A stretch of 64,000 nt of DNA from contig NIVC01002257.1 in NCBI GenBank assembly GCA_002269645.1, forward strand, positions 1 through 64,000. Direction: 5' to 3'. The stretch's first letter is position 1, and the number at the start of each line of letters is the position of its first letter. Below are positions 44,256 to 57,114 of this stretch, one piece after another. The position numbers were made by a program, and so were the translations under genes. The notes under the pieces are model-generated. The model saw only the letters and a program-made list of their open reading frames with translations. It was not told the origin of the DNA and made no database searches. The DNA comes from Macrostomum lignano. Lineage: Eukaryota.

Positions 44256-47121
44256 AATGGAACTCTATATATTATCAAAGGTATAGGCCATAGTCTGGAT
44301 CATGTCGTTTACGCTGGAGATCTCCGGCGTAAATCTGGTTTGGGATCGGAGGCTGGCATAAGTGCTTGGCGTAAGTATAGGCCAAAATGTGCCTTGGCGT
44401 AAGTGCTTGGCGTAAGTACATGGCATAAATCAAGTGGCGTAAATGTTGGCACAAATGAGATCATTCATGATCAAATGTATCACTATAGAACATTACACAT
44501 TTGCGTTAATTATGATGTTAAAGAGCAGCATTAAAACAAAGTTCATTAAAATATTGCAGTTCGTATAAATGAGATAGCAGAATATCTATTGTAGGATAGC
44601 AAAAGTTTTTTTAGCTTCAAGATGCTTACTTTGATTCTTGATTCAGAATTTGCAACTTGTGAGATTTTTAAACAGTTGCAACTTCTGCATTTAATTAATC
44701 ACCGATTAATTGTGAATCATCTATTCTATTTGTCTATTGTTTCAATTCATCTAACTCTAGCTTTTTAAGTTCTAGTCCTTTGCCTTGCCTTTGGCATCTA
44801 ACATCTTATCATTTTCTTTGCAACTTTTTACTTGCTATTATCTATATGCTGAAGCACAAATACCATTCCTAGCTTCTTTAATCAGTGTAATCAGATGGAG
44901 ATTGAGACTGGGAGTGAAGCAGCAGCAGGTTCAAGACTGCAACCAGGTATGCAAATTTTATCTATCTTCTATCTATCTAGTATAATCAGTATTATATTCA
45001 GTATTATTGTATATATAGGCCTAGTATATATAAAAAGTATATATATTATATGTTTCAATTGTTTGATAGGGTTAAAGAATCATCAACCAAACAAGAAAAT
45101 TAAAGAAATGTATATATATATATATATATATCTTATATCTATTTCAAACTTGTCCTAAACCCTGGATATTCAAATTTTCTATTAAGATAGAAGAATGAAA
45201 AATGTAGTTATATAAAAATTATAAAATTGTTATATCTTTGAATCCTTCATTAATTTTTTATCAAATAGTGGCAAAAAGTTATTCATGTTTTTTATGCAAT
45301 GAAAAAAGAGGAAATACCTAGCAAAATAATGGTTTACAATTTTTTCAATTGAAATCCATACCCCTAAATTTATCTACTAAAACTTCAATACCCTTCCTTT
45401 TTCACTTTTTCTTAACATTTTATAGTTTTTGTTATATGATAGCAAGCCTCATCTGATCTATTAGGCAATTTCTTTCACTTTTGAGTAATTGATTTTATAA
45501 AAATCAATTTCAGTAACTTGTTTTTATCTTATACTATTTATAGGAAACCAAGGAAATAGTCTAATTCTAAAGTCTTGCTTAGTTTTGAAGATTCATGTTT
45601 TGGTTGATGACATGATATTGTTGTCTGATTGATAGATTGCCCTATGGCCTATTGACCTATTATGATGATGATTTATTAATTAATTAATATTAATATCATT
45701 ATCAATAAGCAATTATAAAATATTGAGTAATGACTAGTAGTCAAATTATAGTGCTATATCATATCTCACTGATGTCATATTTACTCAAGTTACTCCTTAT
45801 AATTTCCTTAATTCACACTCATAGGGGCCTCAACATCTGCCAAGCCTGCCAAAGTGAATCCTTGGACATCACTTATGGCAATTATGACAGGTCAGGTCCA
45901 GCCTAGGCCCAGTGGTTCTGCCCAGGCTAGGCCTAGTGGTTCTGCCTCTCAAGCTACTTCAGGTGAGCCACCAATGAAGAAGCACAAGGCCTTTGCCAGC
46001 CATCAACAGTCAAAGACTGAACATTATTGTCTGACCTATCTGCAGGCTAACAATGAGTTAAGATTCTGCATCATTGGTCGCAATGATGAGACTACACGGA
46101 AGCGCCATGTTAGTAGGTAAGGACTGTAAAGAACATAATATTTCTATTGTTTTTTTAACCCATATATTGTCAAATATTCTATGTACTGGCATTAGACATT
46201 AATACGTCGCTTGATGCCGCCAACACGCTGGTCATGCTGACTTCAGACAATGTGGATGTGCAGGTTGAGGTGGCCAGCTCGTTGGAATTGTGCCACTGGC
46301 TCATTGCTCAGGCTTCGTGCTTTGAGCACCTACGCGGCCTGGACACTCGATTGTTGCGGAAGTATGTTGCGGCGTTCATTTCCACCATCCACCAGGTAAT
46401 AAGCAAAGTGAATACCTGTTTTGGAATCCCATCTTTTATCCATAAAGCAGAAGCTGACTAACTGCAACTTGTTACTAATCAAGTTAAAGGAGTAAACTTT
46501 TTCATAACGTTTTCCTTTGTAATACAAGTCAACATTAATCTTTGCCAGGTCATTCTGACGGGTGACGGCCGCCAAGGCTGGCTGGAGCTGGACATAGACG
46601 GCCCCATTATGCACCTCTCTTGCGCCCCACCAGGTTCCCCAGCAGACCTCACCCTGTGCCTGTCTGGAACGACGAGCACTAGGCAGGAGTTTACAACTAC
46701 TGTCAACAAGGTGGCGATCTATCGGTCGTTCTAATTGGACCCACACATCTTTGGTCTTGCTGGTCAGTCGATCTGTGTGCTGCTCAACTTTGCACTTCAT
46801 CGCGGTGGCACTGGTAGGAAGCGCTTTCATTTAGAATGATATATATATTAAGGTTTTAGAACAATAACTAAATCTCAAAACTCTTAAACACTGTAATAAT
46901 TTACACAAAAGCCTATAAAACAGCTCCCATTTTTTCAATTCCAGAGGCAATAGTCGAGTCATTCTATTCAACCATGCGGTCACAATAGCAGCAGGGTGGC
47001 CAGAGCAACATGACCCTCGAGCTCCGGACGAAGCTTCGTTGGATGCTGCCGCCTGTCAGTAGTGAATCATGCGAGCGACTCTTTAACGAAGCTGCCCAGC
47101 TGTACCACGCTGGGGATAGCC

Positions 47122-50100
47122 CACGGTTAGGCTGGGCACTGATATTGAGAAAAAAATTGCCACAAGACGGCACCTATGTGCCATTAAACTACTGCCTTTC
47201 TGTAGTCTGGAAAGCCCACTCATTAAAATTCATGTGCCTATCTTTGCTGTGTATGGCACTATGTTTCGGTACACTTTAAAACGAAATATTTTATTGCTCT
47301 AATAGAATTTTTGCTAATCAAATGATAATTATGAATAGACCACAAAGGACTTTGGGAGTAAATATTGCCCCATATCTGCTTGAGCAATAAAACGCTGCAC
47401 CACAGGTAGCTTATGCCTTATAATTGCAGTCATAAAGAGGAACTTATCAATAGTAATAACACAGTAGTATCTTATCTATAATTGCTTTGTAATATTTCTG
47501 CCAGGTGCGTTAACTTGGTTATCATACTGCTCAATTTACTTATAAAGGTTTGATCTAGTTCTATTTGATCTAAAACAAGCGAGTGCCTGAACTGAAAGAG
47601 CTGTTTGCATAGCTTGTACTGTCTACAATGCCAACGACAAAAAAAACTCATAACGAGAACAGGCAAAGTTTGTGCCTGCTCTGCTTGAGACGAGCTTCTG
47701 CGCTGATTTCTTCTTGCTCTAATTTCGAATCCGTGGCAGCCGACTTGTTCCAGGACTACGAGGCAGTGCGGCACTTTCTACCTGAAGGAGTTTGCCAGGG
47801 CTGCAGGCGCGTTTTATCGTCACTAAGAAGTCTGACGCCTCGTGCTCTGCCACCGCGACCAGATTACGAGAAGATAATAGCCGACATGAAGAGTCTGCCT
47901 CCAGCCACCAGAAGCAGACCGGATTGCAACTGCCAACTGTGCGAAATGGCTCGTGGCAATCACCACAAAGGCAGCGATCCAAAGACGCCTTACACAACAG
48001 GTCCTGCTCGAGCCCCACCTGGTCGACCACGCGAAAGATCCCCAGCGCCAGCTGAAGGAGCAATGGCTGTGCTTTCCTTCTCATACTGTCATTCTCCAGT
48101 TGGGCGTGGCAAACAGCACAAATGCAACTCGACAGCTAAGGTGAATAACATTGAGCAAACAGTCAGCCCAAGGACAAGGGAGATGCTGGCCAGCAACTGC
48201 ATTGCCGAAAAGACGGGTGGGTTGACGGCGGATTCGAATTCGATCACTCTGGCCAGACATCGAGGTGGCCATCCGATTTGAGTTGCTGTGCATGTTGCTC
48301 AAAACAGCAGTGTGAGCTTTCCTCCAACGAGGACGGACACTATGATGCACTTGAAAACAACTCTGAATCTGAGCAACAATCAAGTGCTACAGGCTGCTCA
48401 AGTGCTTCATGCTGGCGCGAGCTCATCTTGTGCAGTCGAGTCAAACTTGAAGAAAATTTTGGTACAGCAAAATCGAGCATTAGAGGATTACTTCGACATA
48501 CAGAATCTCCAGTTCTCGGAGCTGACCTCGACTGCCGCAACAGCCGACACTATTTGCCGCCCGACTGTTGTCTGCAACGACTCGGTCATTCGGTCAAACT
48601 CATTGCACATGTTGCTCAGCAACGCCGTTTCAATGATTTTCACTGTCTGCTGGGTCTCGATGGTGGCGGCGGATTTTTTAAAGTTTGCGTTTCGATAATT
48701 GGCTCTAACGCAAAACCCAAAATCGGAACTCGAGGAGCCAACAGCAGGAAATTCCGTGACATGGGTGTCAAGAAGATCCTGTTGCTTGCGATCGTCAACG
48801 ACGTTCCTGAGACTTATGGAAATATTCAGGCTCTGCTCGAGGCAATCGCTGTCAACGAACTTCAAATCCCAGTCACTGCAGATATGAAAGTTGCAAACAT
48901 CATCTGCGGACTGCAACCTCATTCCTATACACATCCGTGCCCCTATTGCGAAGGTCTGGCTCCTCTTACAGAAAATGGTGTGCCAAGAACTCTTGGGAGA
49001 ATTCGGCAGTTTGCTCAGCAGTTTCAAGCAGCTGGCCAAGTTCGTGCAAAGGCAAAGAATTTTAAAAACTGTGTCAACATGCCACTGCTACCAGGCGATG
49101 ATGACAAAGAAGTTTTGATGCTTCTGCCGCCACCTGAGCTGCACCTGCTCCTTGGAGTCAGCAACCGACTGCTGGACAAGATCAACGAAGCTTGGGGTGC
49201 GAATCGCGCGTTCGAGTGGGCTCATCAGCATGGCATTATTCGAGCTGATTACAGAGGCGGCATGATGGAAGGAAATGCCTGCCGCCAGCTGCTCCGCAAA
49301 TCACCGCAGCTTCACGCTGATCTGCCTCCCCCATTACAGCCGTACGGGGCGTGTCTGATGGCATTCGATCGGCTGGTCAGCAGCGCCTTTGGAACCGAAT
49401 TGGCGGCAGACTTTGAAGAGGCAATTGAGAATTTTCGCCTGGCCTACATGAGCTTAAGCTTGCCTGTCACCCCAAAAGTTCACGTTGTCTTTTGCCATGT
49501 TGGAGAGTTCTGCTGGCGGACAGGGCAAGCGCTTGGCAGCTGCAGCGAGCAAGCAGTGGAGAGTGTTCACTCTGATTTTGCCAAAACGTGGTCACGGTAC
49601 AGCCTGCCAGCACACCATGCTGAGTTTGGCCAAAATCTTTTGCGCGCCATGGTTGCTTACAACAGCCACCACATTTAATCCCGGTAACTCGGTTTTCTGC
49701 TTTAAAAGAAATGGCAGTGGTTGTTAGTCTTACAGTAAAGTAGTATTCAAAGGACCCTATAAATTTAAAATACTAAAATTTTTGCAAGCTCCCGTACTGT
49801 AGAAAGCTTTCATACTTCTGCTACTTTATATGCTAATACGAGCGTACCTTGCAATATTATTGCAGAAATGCATGTAGTTCTGGTTAATATTTGAGGAACT
49901 TGCTACACAAAAAGAATATAGTTATTTCGAAATTTTTCTATAAAACCCATGCTGTTTCCGAGTATTTAAATGTAAACAATTTGTAATGTAAGAAGTCGTA
50001 AAATTATTTAACTTACTAACTTACAAGCTAGTTAACAAGTAAAACAAGCAATAATACTACACAAACATTAACCTAAATAAACTTCTTGTAATCTTGTACC

Positions 50101-50326
50101 CTTTTTGTACAAGTATACATTGAGTCTGCCACTTGCTAAAAATTTCTGCTTGTCTTATTTACGAGAGCAATTAATGAGAGCAATTGTACACAGATTGTAC
50201 ACAAAGATAGGCACATGAATTTTTATGAGTGGGCTTTCTGAACTACAGAAAGGCAGTAGTTTAATGGTACATAGGTGCCATCTTGTGGCATTTTTTTCCT
50301 CAATATCAGTGCCCAGCCTAACCGTG
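47122..50326 (+). mobile_element. Chapaev (CMC superfamily) DNA transposon, ~3.2 kb, ~125-bp TIRs starting CACGGTTAGG, 4-bp TSD AGCC
   Basis: TSD at 47118-47121 and 50327-50330; CAC...GTG termini; internal transposase. Confidence 0.92.
47628..49678 (+). pseudogene. Chapaev/Transib/RAG1-related DDE transposase, ~680 aa reconstructed; nonsense codon at 48279-48281 and 8-bp frameshift at 48581-48596
   Basis: N-terminal H-x7-C-x2-C...P-x3-C-x2-C...C-x-C-x2-C (Chapa-like zinc finger); LGLDGGG, TADMK, CPYC, ELHLLLG, TPKVHVVFCH and SEQAVESVH motifs. Confidence 0.88.
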
Positions 50327-51896
50327 AGCCACCAGGGCATCCGCACGCACTGGGCTCCACTTTTTACAGATCATTGGGCAATGAAGTACGTCGTCTGTAA
50401 AGTGGTTGACAAGCAGAGGTTTAAGACATCCTGCCGCTGCCCCTTCCTTGGCGACCATCATTCTGTTAGAGCCAGACAGACGTGACCAATGAGAAGGGGC
50501 TTGCCAAATGACTTGAAAAACTAATTGTGTGCATGTGCTGGTTAGAGTGAGAGAGACATCCATGTAATAGTCAAGGGCAGCAAGCAAGGAGGCCGATAAA
50601 GAAACATGGATTAACAAGAATTGTAAGTGACCTTTTTTGGGTGGCATAAGTCAGAGGGACCTTTTTTGGTTGGCGTAAGTCTGGCATAAGTGCCAAAAAA
50701 TGTTGGATTTTTCCTCTGGCATAAGTCCAGCATGATCCGGACTATGGGGTATAGGCCTATCCAGCCTATTCCAGTTTCTAAACAAGGCTAGAGAGAGTTC
50801 TAGCTTGCAATAATTAAATAATGAATAGGTACCTTTATTGACTAGGCCTACTAAGCCTATAATAGGCCTAAGCCATACCATGATACCATAGACTAAAGAC
50901 AGTTTAGATTATAGGTAATAGGCCTAGCTTGTTAGAACTTAGAACAAGAATCTTATCTTATCTTAGCAAAATATATACTAGTTGGACCTATATCATTATC
51001 AAAAATGAAACATTGAAACATATATACCAAAATTTTCTAGTAAAAGGTCATTTAGTTTTCACAATTTGAATTTCCTAAGAAAGGTTTGAGTCTATAGGAC
51101 TATAGCCTAGCTAGTTAATAACCAAACTGAAATTGTTGCCAAAATGTGAATGTGCATATAATTCTTGTTTGCTAGGGGGGGCCTAGGGCATAAAATAAAT
51201 AAGACCTATTTTTGCCCATGATAGAAGACAAGCCCAAAATCAAACAAACTAAAAAATACACAACTGGCTAGTTGCCTAGAAATATATAATTGGTCTTTTT
51301 GCTTGTCTCATCTCATTAAAAATTAATTTATTGCAATTCTATAACAATAGGCCTATGTACTCCAACAAGGTTAACTAAGGCCCTACTTATCAAGTTAAAA
51401 TTACATTAAAATGGCAGTTGTTATTTGTTCAATCAACACTCAAAAGACAAACACAACAGCCAATATTAAAAATACTTAATAAACAGCAATTAAACAGCCC
51501 CACTATTCTGACTTGAGTCGAGGCACAGTTAAACATTTAACAAAAATTCTGTCATAGGAGCAAAATGAGATCTGTCATAAGATCGCTAGGATAAATATCA
51601 GAATTCAGCATCTCAGACGGCCACATGCCGATGATTAAAAAACTGATTGTGCACATGTCGGCGTGCGAGCAAACGATTAAATTTCAGAGGACCTTAAAAA
51701 ACCTTATTCAAATATTTGGTTGATAATAACTAACCTGCTTTATTAAATTGTCATACTAGCCTGAAATAAACTTTTTGTTTACAGGTCCTTTCCAAAGAAA
51801 TTAAAAAAATAAAGATCAAGAAAGAGTAATTTCAATTTCCAAAACGTTAAAAACAATTTAAATAGTAGAAAAAAGTAAAAAAGATGTCGTGGCGCT

Positions 51897-53605
51897 CACT
51901 AACTACTGAATTCACCGGCACTTGGGTTCACCGGATTTTTAACTTTATTTTTAAGGCTTAAAAATATACATAATCGATAGCGCAAGTAAAACTAGAGATG
52001 CGCCTAGATTTTTGGCTCTGCGCGTTGCCCCTGGACATCAGGAGGGCGATTTTTGTTATTTTTTGGGGGGTGAAACCGGCGGTGAACCCAATAAATCCTT
52101 CCAGAGAGCTGAAAACCTGTTATGCAATATTTCAAAGCAAAATATAGGCAGATTTCGACGTGCGCATAAAATTTCAGCGTTGCGCGTTGCTCCTGAACTG
52201 CAGGAGAACGTTTTTTTGTTAAATTCCGGTGTTGAATGACTGCCGCTGAACTCCGCGGTGAACGAAATTAAGTGCGTTTCCCGAGTCAAAAAATAGTAAA
52301 TTTTCCTATTAAAAAAGTTATCAAATTAAAGTTTTATCACTTTCATCAGCATTTTTGCACTCAATTTTGTGTTGACTGTTAAGCTATTTATTTTAATGCA
52401 AAGCGAAAACATTAAAAAATATTTCGAACTGCGAGTCTTTATTGCGCAACGTGGCAGCAGGCAGTTACAGCGCACTTGCGCATAAAAAATACATTATATT
52501 TATACGCCGTGTGGTATTTTTGTGGCCATACTTAATAATGAAGCCTTTTATGCTGTTTTACTTCCTATATTTTTAGATTTGTTTTTCAATTACGTCTTGA
52601 AACATGCAGTCAAAGTGTTAATATCAGTATAGGCAATAAAATAAAATTGGCATTTCTTGGCTTGATGCTTTTTACAACTTGTTAAAACCTCTATTTTAAT
52701 ATTTCTTCTCTTCTAATAAGTCAAATTATAAACATAATATCTTTATAATAAACATACATAATATCTATGTTTATAATTTGACTTATTAGAAGAGAAGAAA
52801 TATTAAAATAGAGGTTTTAACAAGTTGTAAAAAGCATCAAGCCAAGAAATGCCAATTTTATTTTATTGCCTATACTGATATTAACACTTTGACTGCATGT
52901 TTCAAGACGTAATTGAAAAACAAATCTAAAAATATAGGAAGTAAAACAGCATAAAAGGCTTCATTATTAAGTATGGCCACAAAAATACCACACGGCGTAT
53001 AAATATAATGTATTTTTTATGCGCAAGTGCGCTGTAACTGCCTGCTGCCACGTTGCGCAATAAAGACTCGCAGTTCGAAATATTTTTTAATGTTTTCGCT
53101 TTGCATTAAAATAAATAGCTTAACAGTCAACACAAAATTGAGTGCAAAAATGCTGATGAAAGTGATAAAACTTTAATTTGATAACTTTTTTAATAGGAAA
53201 ATTTACTATTTTTTGACTCGGGAAACGCACTTAATTTCGTTCACCGCGGAGTTCAGCGGCAGTCATTCAACACCGGAATTTAACAAAAAAACGTTCTCCT
53301 GCAGTTCAGGAGCAACGCGCAACGCTGAAATTTTATGCGCACGTCGAAATCTGCCTATATTTTGCTTTGAAATATTGCATAACAGGTTTTCAGCTCTCTG
53401 GAAGGATTTATTGGGTTCACCGCCGGTTTCACCCCCCAAAAAATAACAAAAATCGCCCTCCTGATGTCCAGGGGCAACGCGCAGAGCCAAAAATCTAGGC
53501 GCATCTCTAGTTTTACTTGCGCTATCGATTATGTATATTTTTAAGCCTTAAAAATAAAGTTAAAAATCCGGTGAACCCAAGTGCCGGTGAATTCAGTAGT
53601 TAGTG
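51897..53605. mobile_element. Palindromic foldback element: two 840-bp arms around a 29-bp spacer, CACTAAC...GTTAGTG termini
   Basis: Arms 51897-52736 and 52766-53605 are reverse complements (mirrored identical ORFs); flanks TGGCGCT and TGGCACT. Confidence 0.93.
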
Positions 53606-54065
53606 TGGCACTTGCGGGCGGCGGGCTCAGTAACCGTTAGTCAAACACGCAGGCAGGCAAAAAACGATCTTAGCAATTCTAGCACTAAAATTGCACTTTG
53701 GAACCTTTCATATTTCTTGTTCCGTTTTACAAAACTGTTCCATAATGATGTTCTAGATTAGTAGCTGAAAAAGATGTGCAAAAGTATACAGATAAAAATT
53801 CTAGATTGTATGTTATAAATACATAGGCTGATAGGCATCGCTTATGTTTACTTAGCCTAACATTCAATCCTCTAAATTACATTCAGCTTCTGATAAAGTA
53901 ATAAAGTATTTTTCTTTCTATCTTACCTATATTTTTTTAATGAGAATCATATGACAAAGTCAAAGAGGAATAACAATAGAGGCAATTTGTGTAGCATTAG
54001 CACTCAGGCTTAGACAATTAATAACTTGATACAGTAGTATGTGATGGCCAATGGCAATTATTTAT

Positions 54066-54723
54066 TGAAGTGCTTATCCCCATGGTCCTGTACAATAATA
54101 CCAATAATTCCAATTTTATCCACAGGGATCCATGTTGATAATTTCCAGCTTGTCCCAATTCCCTACGGCAGCTTACTGAAATAGCTGCCACCATTTAAGT
54201 CTATAGGCCATGTCAATAATTCCAATTTTATCTATATGGATCTGTGTTGATAATTTTTAGCTTATCCCCATGGCTAAGATTGTGTAGTTGTTTGTGTTTA
54301 GTTTTATATACTGACATTAAATCAACATTGTCATTATTATTATTATTATCAATCATTATCATTACAATTTACATATTAAATTTTGAATTTTGCAAGTCTC
54401 ATTTGCCTCAATCTTAGGGTCGTTTGGTCGTTCTAAGTGAAGCTAGCAGCTAAGAAAATATTTAAAATTTACCCTTTTAACAATGAAAAGGTTTTAACAA
54501 AGTACTCAATACTATTCAATATTTAGTAGTTTATTTGAATTGGAAGATTTGTAAAACAGTGAAAACAAATAGACAGTTTTTTAATATATTCATTTTAAAA
54601 TTCTTTATTCCAATTTACCATGGGAATAAGCTGAAAATTATCAATATAGATCTATATGAATAAAATTAGAAATTCCAATAAAATTGGAATTATTAGTATA
54701 GGACCATAGGGATAAGCACTTCC
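54066..54723. mobile_element. MITE with 9-bp TSD ATTATTTAT (Mutator-like)
   Basis: GAAGTGCTTATCCC / GGGATAAGCACTTC termini; TSD at 54057-54065 and 54724-54732. Confidence 0.78.
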
Positions 54724-55682
54724 ATTATTTATTATGGTTAAATAGGCTTGCTTGCTATAGATTCCAGTCAGCAATATAAGAGTGGGACTGGGCCTAATTA
54801 GGAGCTGAATCTAACCAACTTGAAAATAAAATTTATTGATTGTATTATTTATAGGCTTTACAAAAGTTGCGCACTATTTTTATTTAATATTCCTTGGGAA
54901 TTACTATAAGCAGATGTTAGAGTATAAGACTATGTAAATGGCAGAAAATGATACCAGTTAACAATATTATAGAATGGTACTGCTTTTGCTAAAATGGCCC
55001 TTGTTAATAATAGTCTACTTTATCTTGATTAAGCACATTTTGATTTATTTTGGCATTTAAACTATCTTGTTTCTAGTTTATCAATAGCTATTTTTATCCT
55101 GTTTAAGTGTTTAGGCATTGACCTTGATTTATATGAATTGATAAGTCTAGGTCCTATTGAAAGTATAAAATTTAAGCCTATATCAAAATTAATCTTTACT
55201 TTTAAAGATTCTAAACAAAAAAAGAGATTTTTATCCCCTAATAGAATACTATAACAAATTGTAGACATTACTATAATGGCATATATTATAGTTGGGTAAT
55301 GTGAGAAGGTTTGAAAAAATGGGATAAAATGTTTTTTGTTGCAATGCTTTATTGATTACTTGCTTGTTCATTCCTTCCTTTTCCTTTTGCCTCTTTTGCT
55401 TTGCACATATCTATAGTAGACTCTTAAGGTCTTTGTTGCTTATGTATAGTGCTTGCTAAATATATTGAAGCAATTGGCTCTTTTGGGGCCTCAAGCTTTA
55501 TTTTGTTATAGACAGTTTATTTACAAAAACTATATTTTATATTATTAGTTTTCAATATTGCAGTTGCCAGTTCAATAGATATATGTTACATTGCAGTGAA
55601 TAAATATGCAATGGTAGTAGCCATATATATGCAATTCCCCTTCCCCAATTTACACTGGCCATGAAACCTACTTTTTGATAAA

Positions 55683-56040
55683 AAATGTGACTTATATATA
55701 AAAAACCCTAAAGCAAAAATTAATATAACTTTTAGTAAATGATAGAATATTTATGACTGTCTTATTAAGGCCCTGATTGCAGCGCATGGGCATTTTGGCG
55801 GACGGCGTCCGGTGCGGATCTAATACGGCGCGTACGGCGCGCGGCAATTAGTACGGCGCAGCGCGGTACTAATTAGATGCTGAGGCATTTAGGCTTGATA
55901 AGACAGTCATAGTTACTCCTGCCGTTTACCCAAAACTGCGTTAATTTTGCTTTAGGGTTTCTTTCACAGGTAAGTCATTTCACAGCGTGGCGCAGGTTGT
56001 GTAGGCGTCTGGCATACTTAAGCCATGCGCTGCAATAGGG
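55683..56040. mobile_element. Degenerate inverted-repeat element
   Basis: Paired blocks AAACCCTAAAGCAAAAATTAA/TTAATTTTGCTTTAGGGTTT, ATGACTGTCTTAT/ATAAGACAGTCAT and TTGCAGCGCATGG/CCATGCGCTGCAA. Confidence 0.55.
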
Positions 56041-57114
56041 ATGTCTTTTTTGGCTTAATTGTAAATAACTTTATAGCTAATATATTTCTAGAGACTTAGA
56101 ATAAAATTAAGACCAAATCCTATTTTAGATTATCTATTTCATTAGGTTATTATGTTTTATTTGAACTAAAATAAACTAGAAACTAAGTCTTGGTCTTATT
56201 TATTTCATATTCATTTTAAAATAGATTTATAAAAAAGTAGCAAATTTGTCAAATTAGTCATTTTCATTGTTTTTCATTAATTTACTTTAAACAAACAATA
56301 GGCCTTAATATTTTAGTAAAGAGGACTATCTTTTGAAGAGATTGCTTTGCTGAACATCAACAAAGAATATGTTACTTTTAACTAATAGCTGAACTAGCTG
56401 TTCTATTATCTAGAAAATTATTGATGGCAACTTGCTACCTATACAATAGTGCAATTAAACAATTTCAAGCTTTAGCATAGATGTAATTTGCCACACATGC
56501 ATGCTATATACATTGGCAATGAGTATATAAAATATTAAGTATGCAAATATGCAAAGTGAGTCAATAATAGGTAATAAACATAGGCAAGTGGCACCAAAGA
56601 AACTATAACAAATAACTAATGGTAATTATATTTGAATATTGTAAGTCCATTAGATAAAATAAATACCTTATAATGTTATAAATAGTTTATTTGATTATTA
56701 TATGAAGTATAATTTTTTAGTTTTTAGTATAAGGTTTAAATATAAGTACTAATAAAAAATTATATTTGTGTTATACTTAGTAAATATAACTAATTTTAAT
56801 AGAAAAGATAAACTAAATGTTAAATATTAGCTATACTTAAAGGTTGAAATAAGAAATGTATATAAGTAGGCATATAGGATTTAATTAAATAGCTAAAGTT
56901 ACTGCTTGGTATGAAAGATATCTAGTCACCAAATTGAACTTTAAGAATAATTATTAAATGTATTTAATTCAAGTTATATATAATAATATTAAACTTCAAA
57001 TTTCCATTCTGATTTAATATTATATTTTGCATGCATTAATCAATTGAAATCTCATTGGCTTCAACAGCTTGTTTATTCAATATTAAAAATAGCCTTTAAG
57101 AATTAAGTTTCATC

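Larger units (their letters stand above)
45854..50485 (+). pseudogene. Degenerate spliced gene of the outer element: exon-like blocks ~45870-46117, ~46197-46396, ~46550-46730, ~46945-47121 and 50331-50485
   Basis: GT/AG-bounded GC-richer blocks; in-frame TAG at 46986-46988; the last block rejoins in frame across the Chapaev insertion. Confidence 0.5.
44288..50747 (+). mobile_element. DNA transposon with 17-bp TIRs (CCATAGTCYGGATCATG) and 8-bp TSD GGTATAGG, hAT-like; interrupted by a Chapaev element
   Basis: TSD at 44280-44287 and 50748-50755; subterminal TGGCRTAAG clusters; remnant EAIVESFYSTM...TLELRTKLRWMLP coding segment. Confidence 0.85.

Noticed and set aside
46330-46830. Minus-strand ORF as a RAG2-like partner (ProtoRAG-type element)
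   Set aside because: It lies outside the Chapaev TIRs, is antisense to the outer element's exons, and shows no kelch or PHD features; the TSD is 4 bp rather than 5 bp.
51897-53605. Assignment of the palindrome to the CACTA superfamily
   Set aside because: The termini read CACTA, but no 2-3-bp TSD is present (GCT versus TGG).
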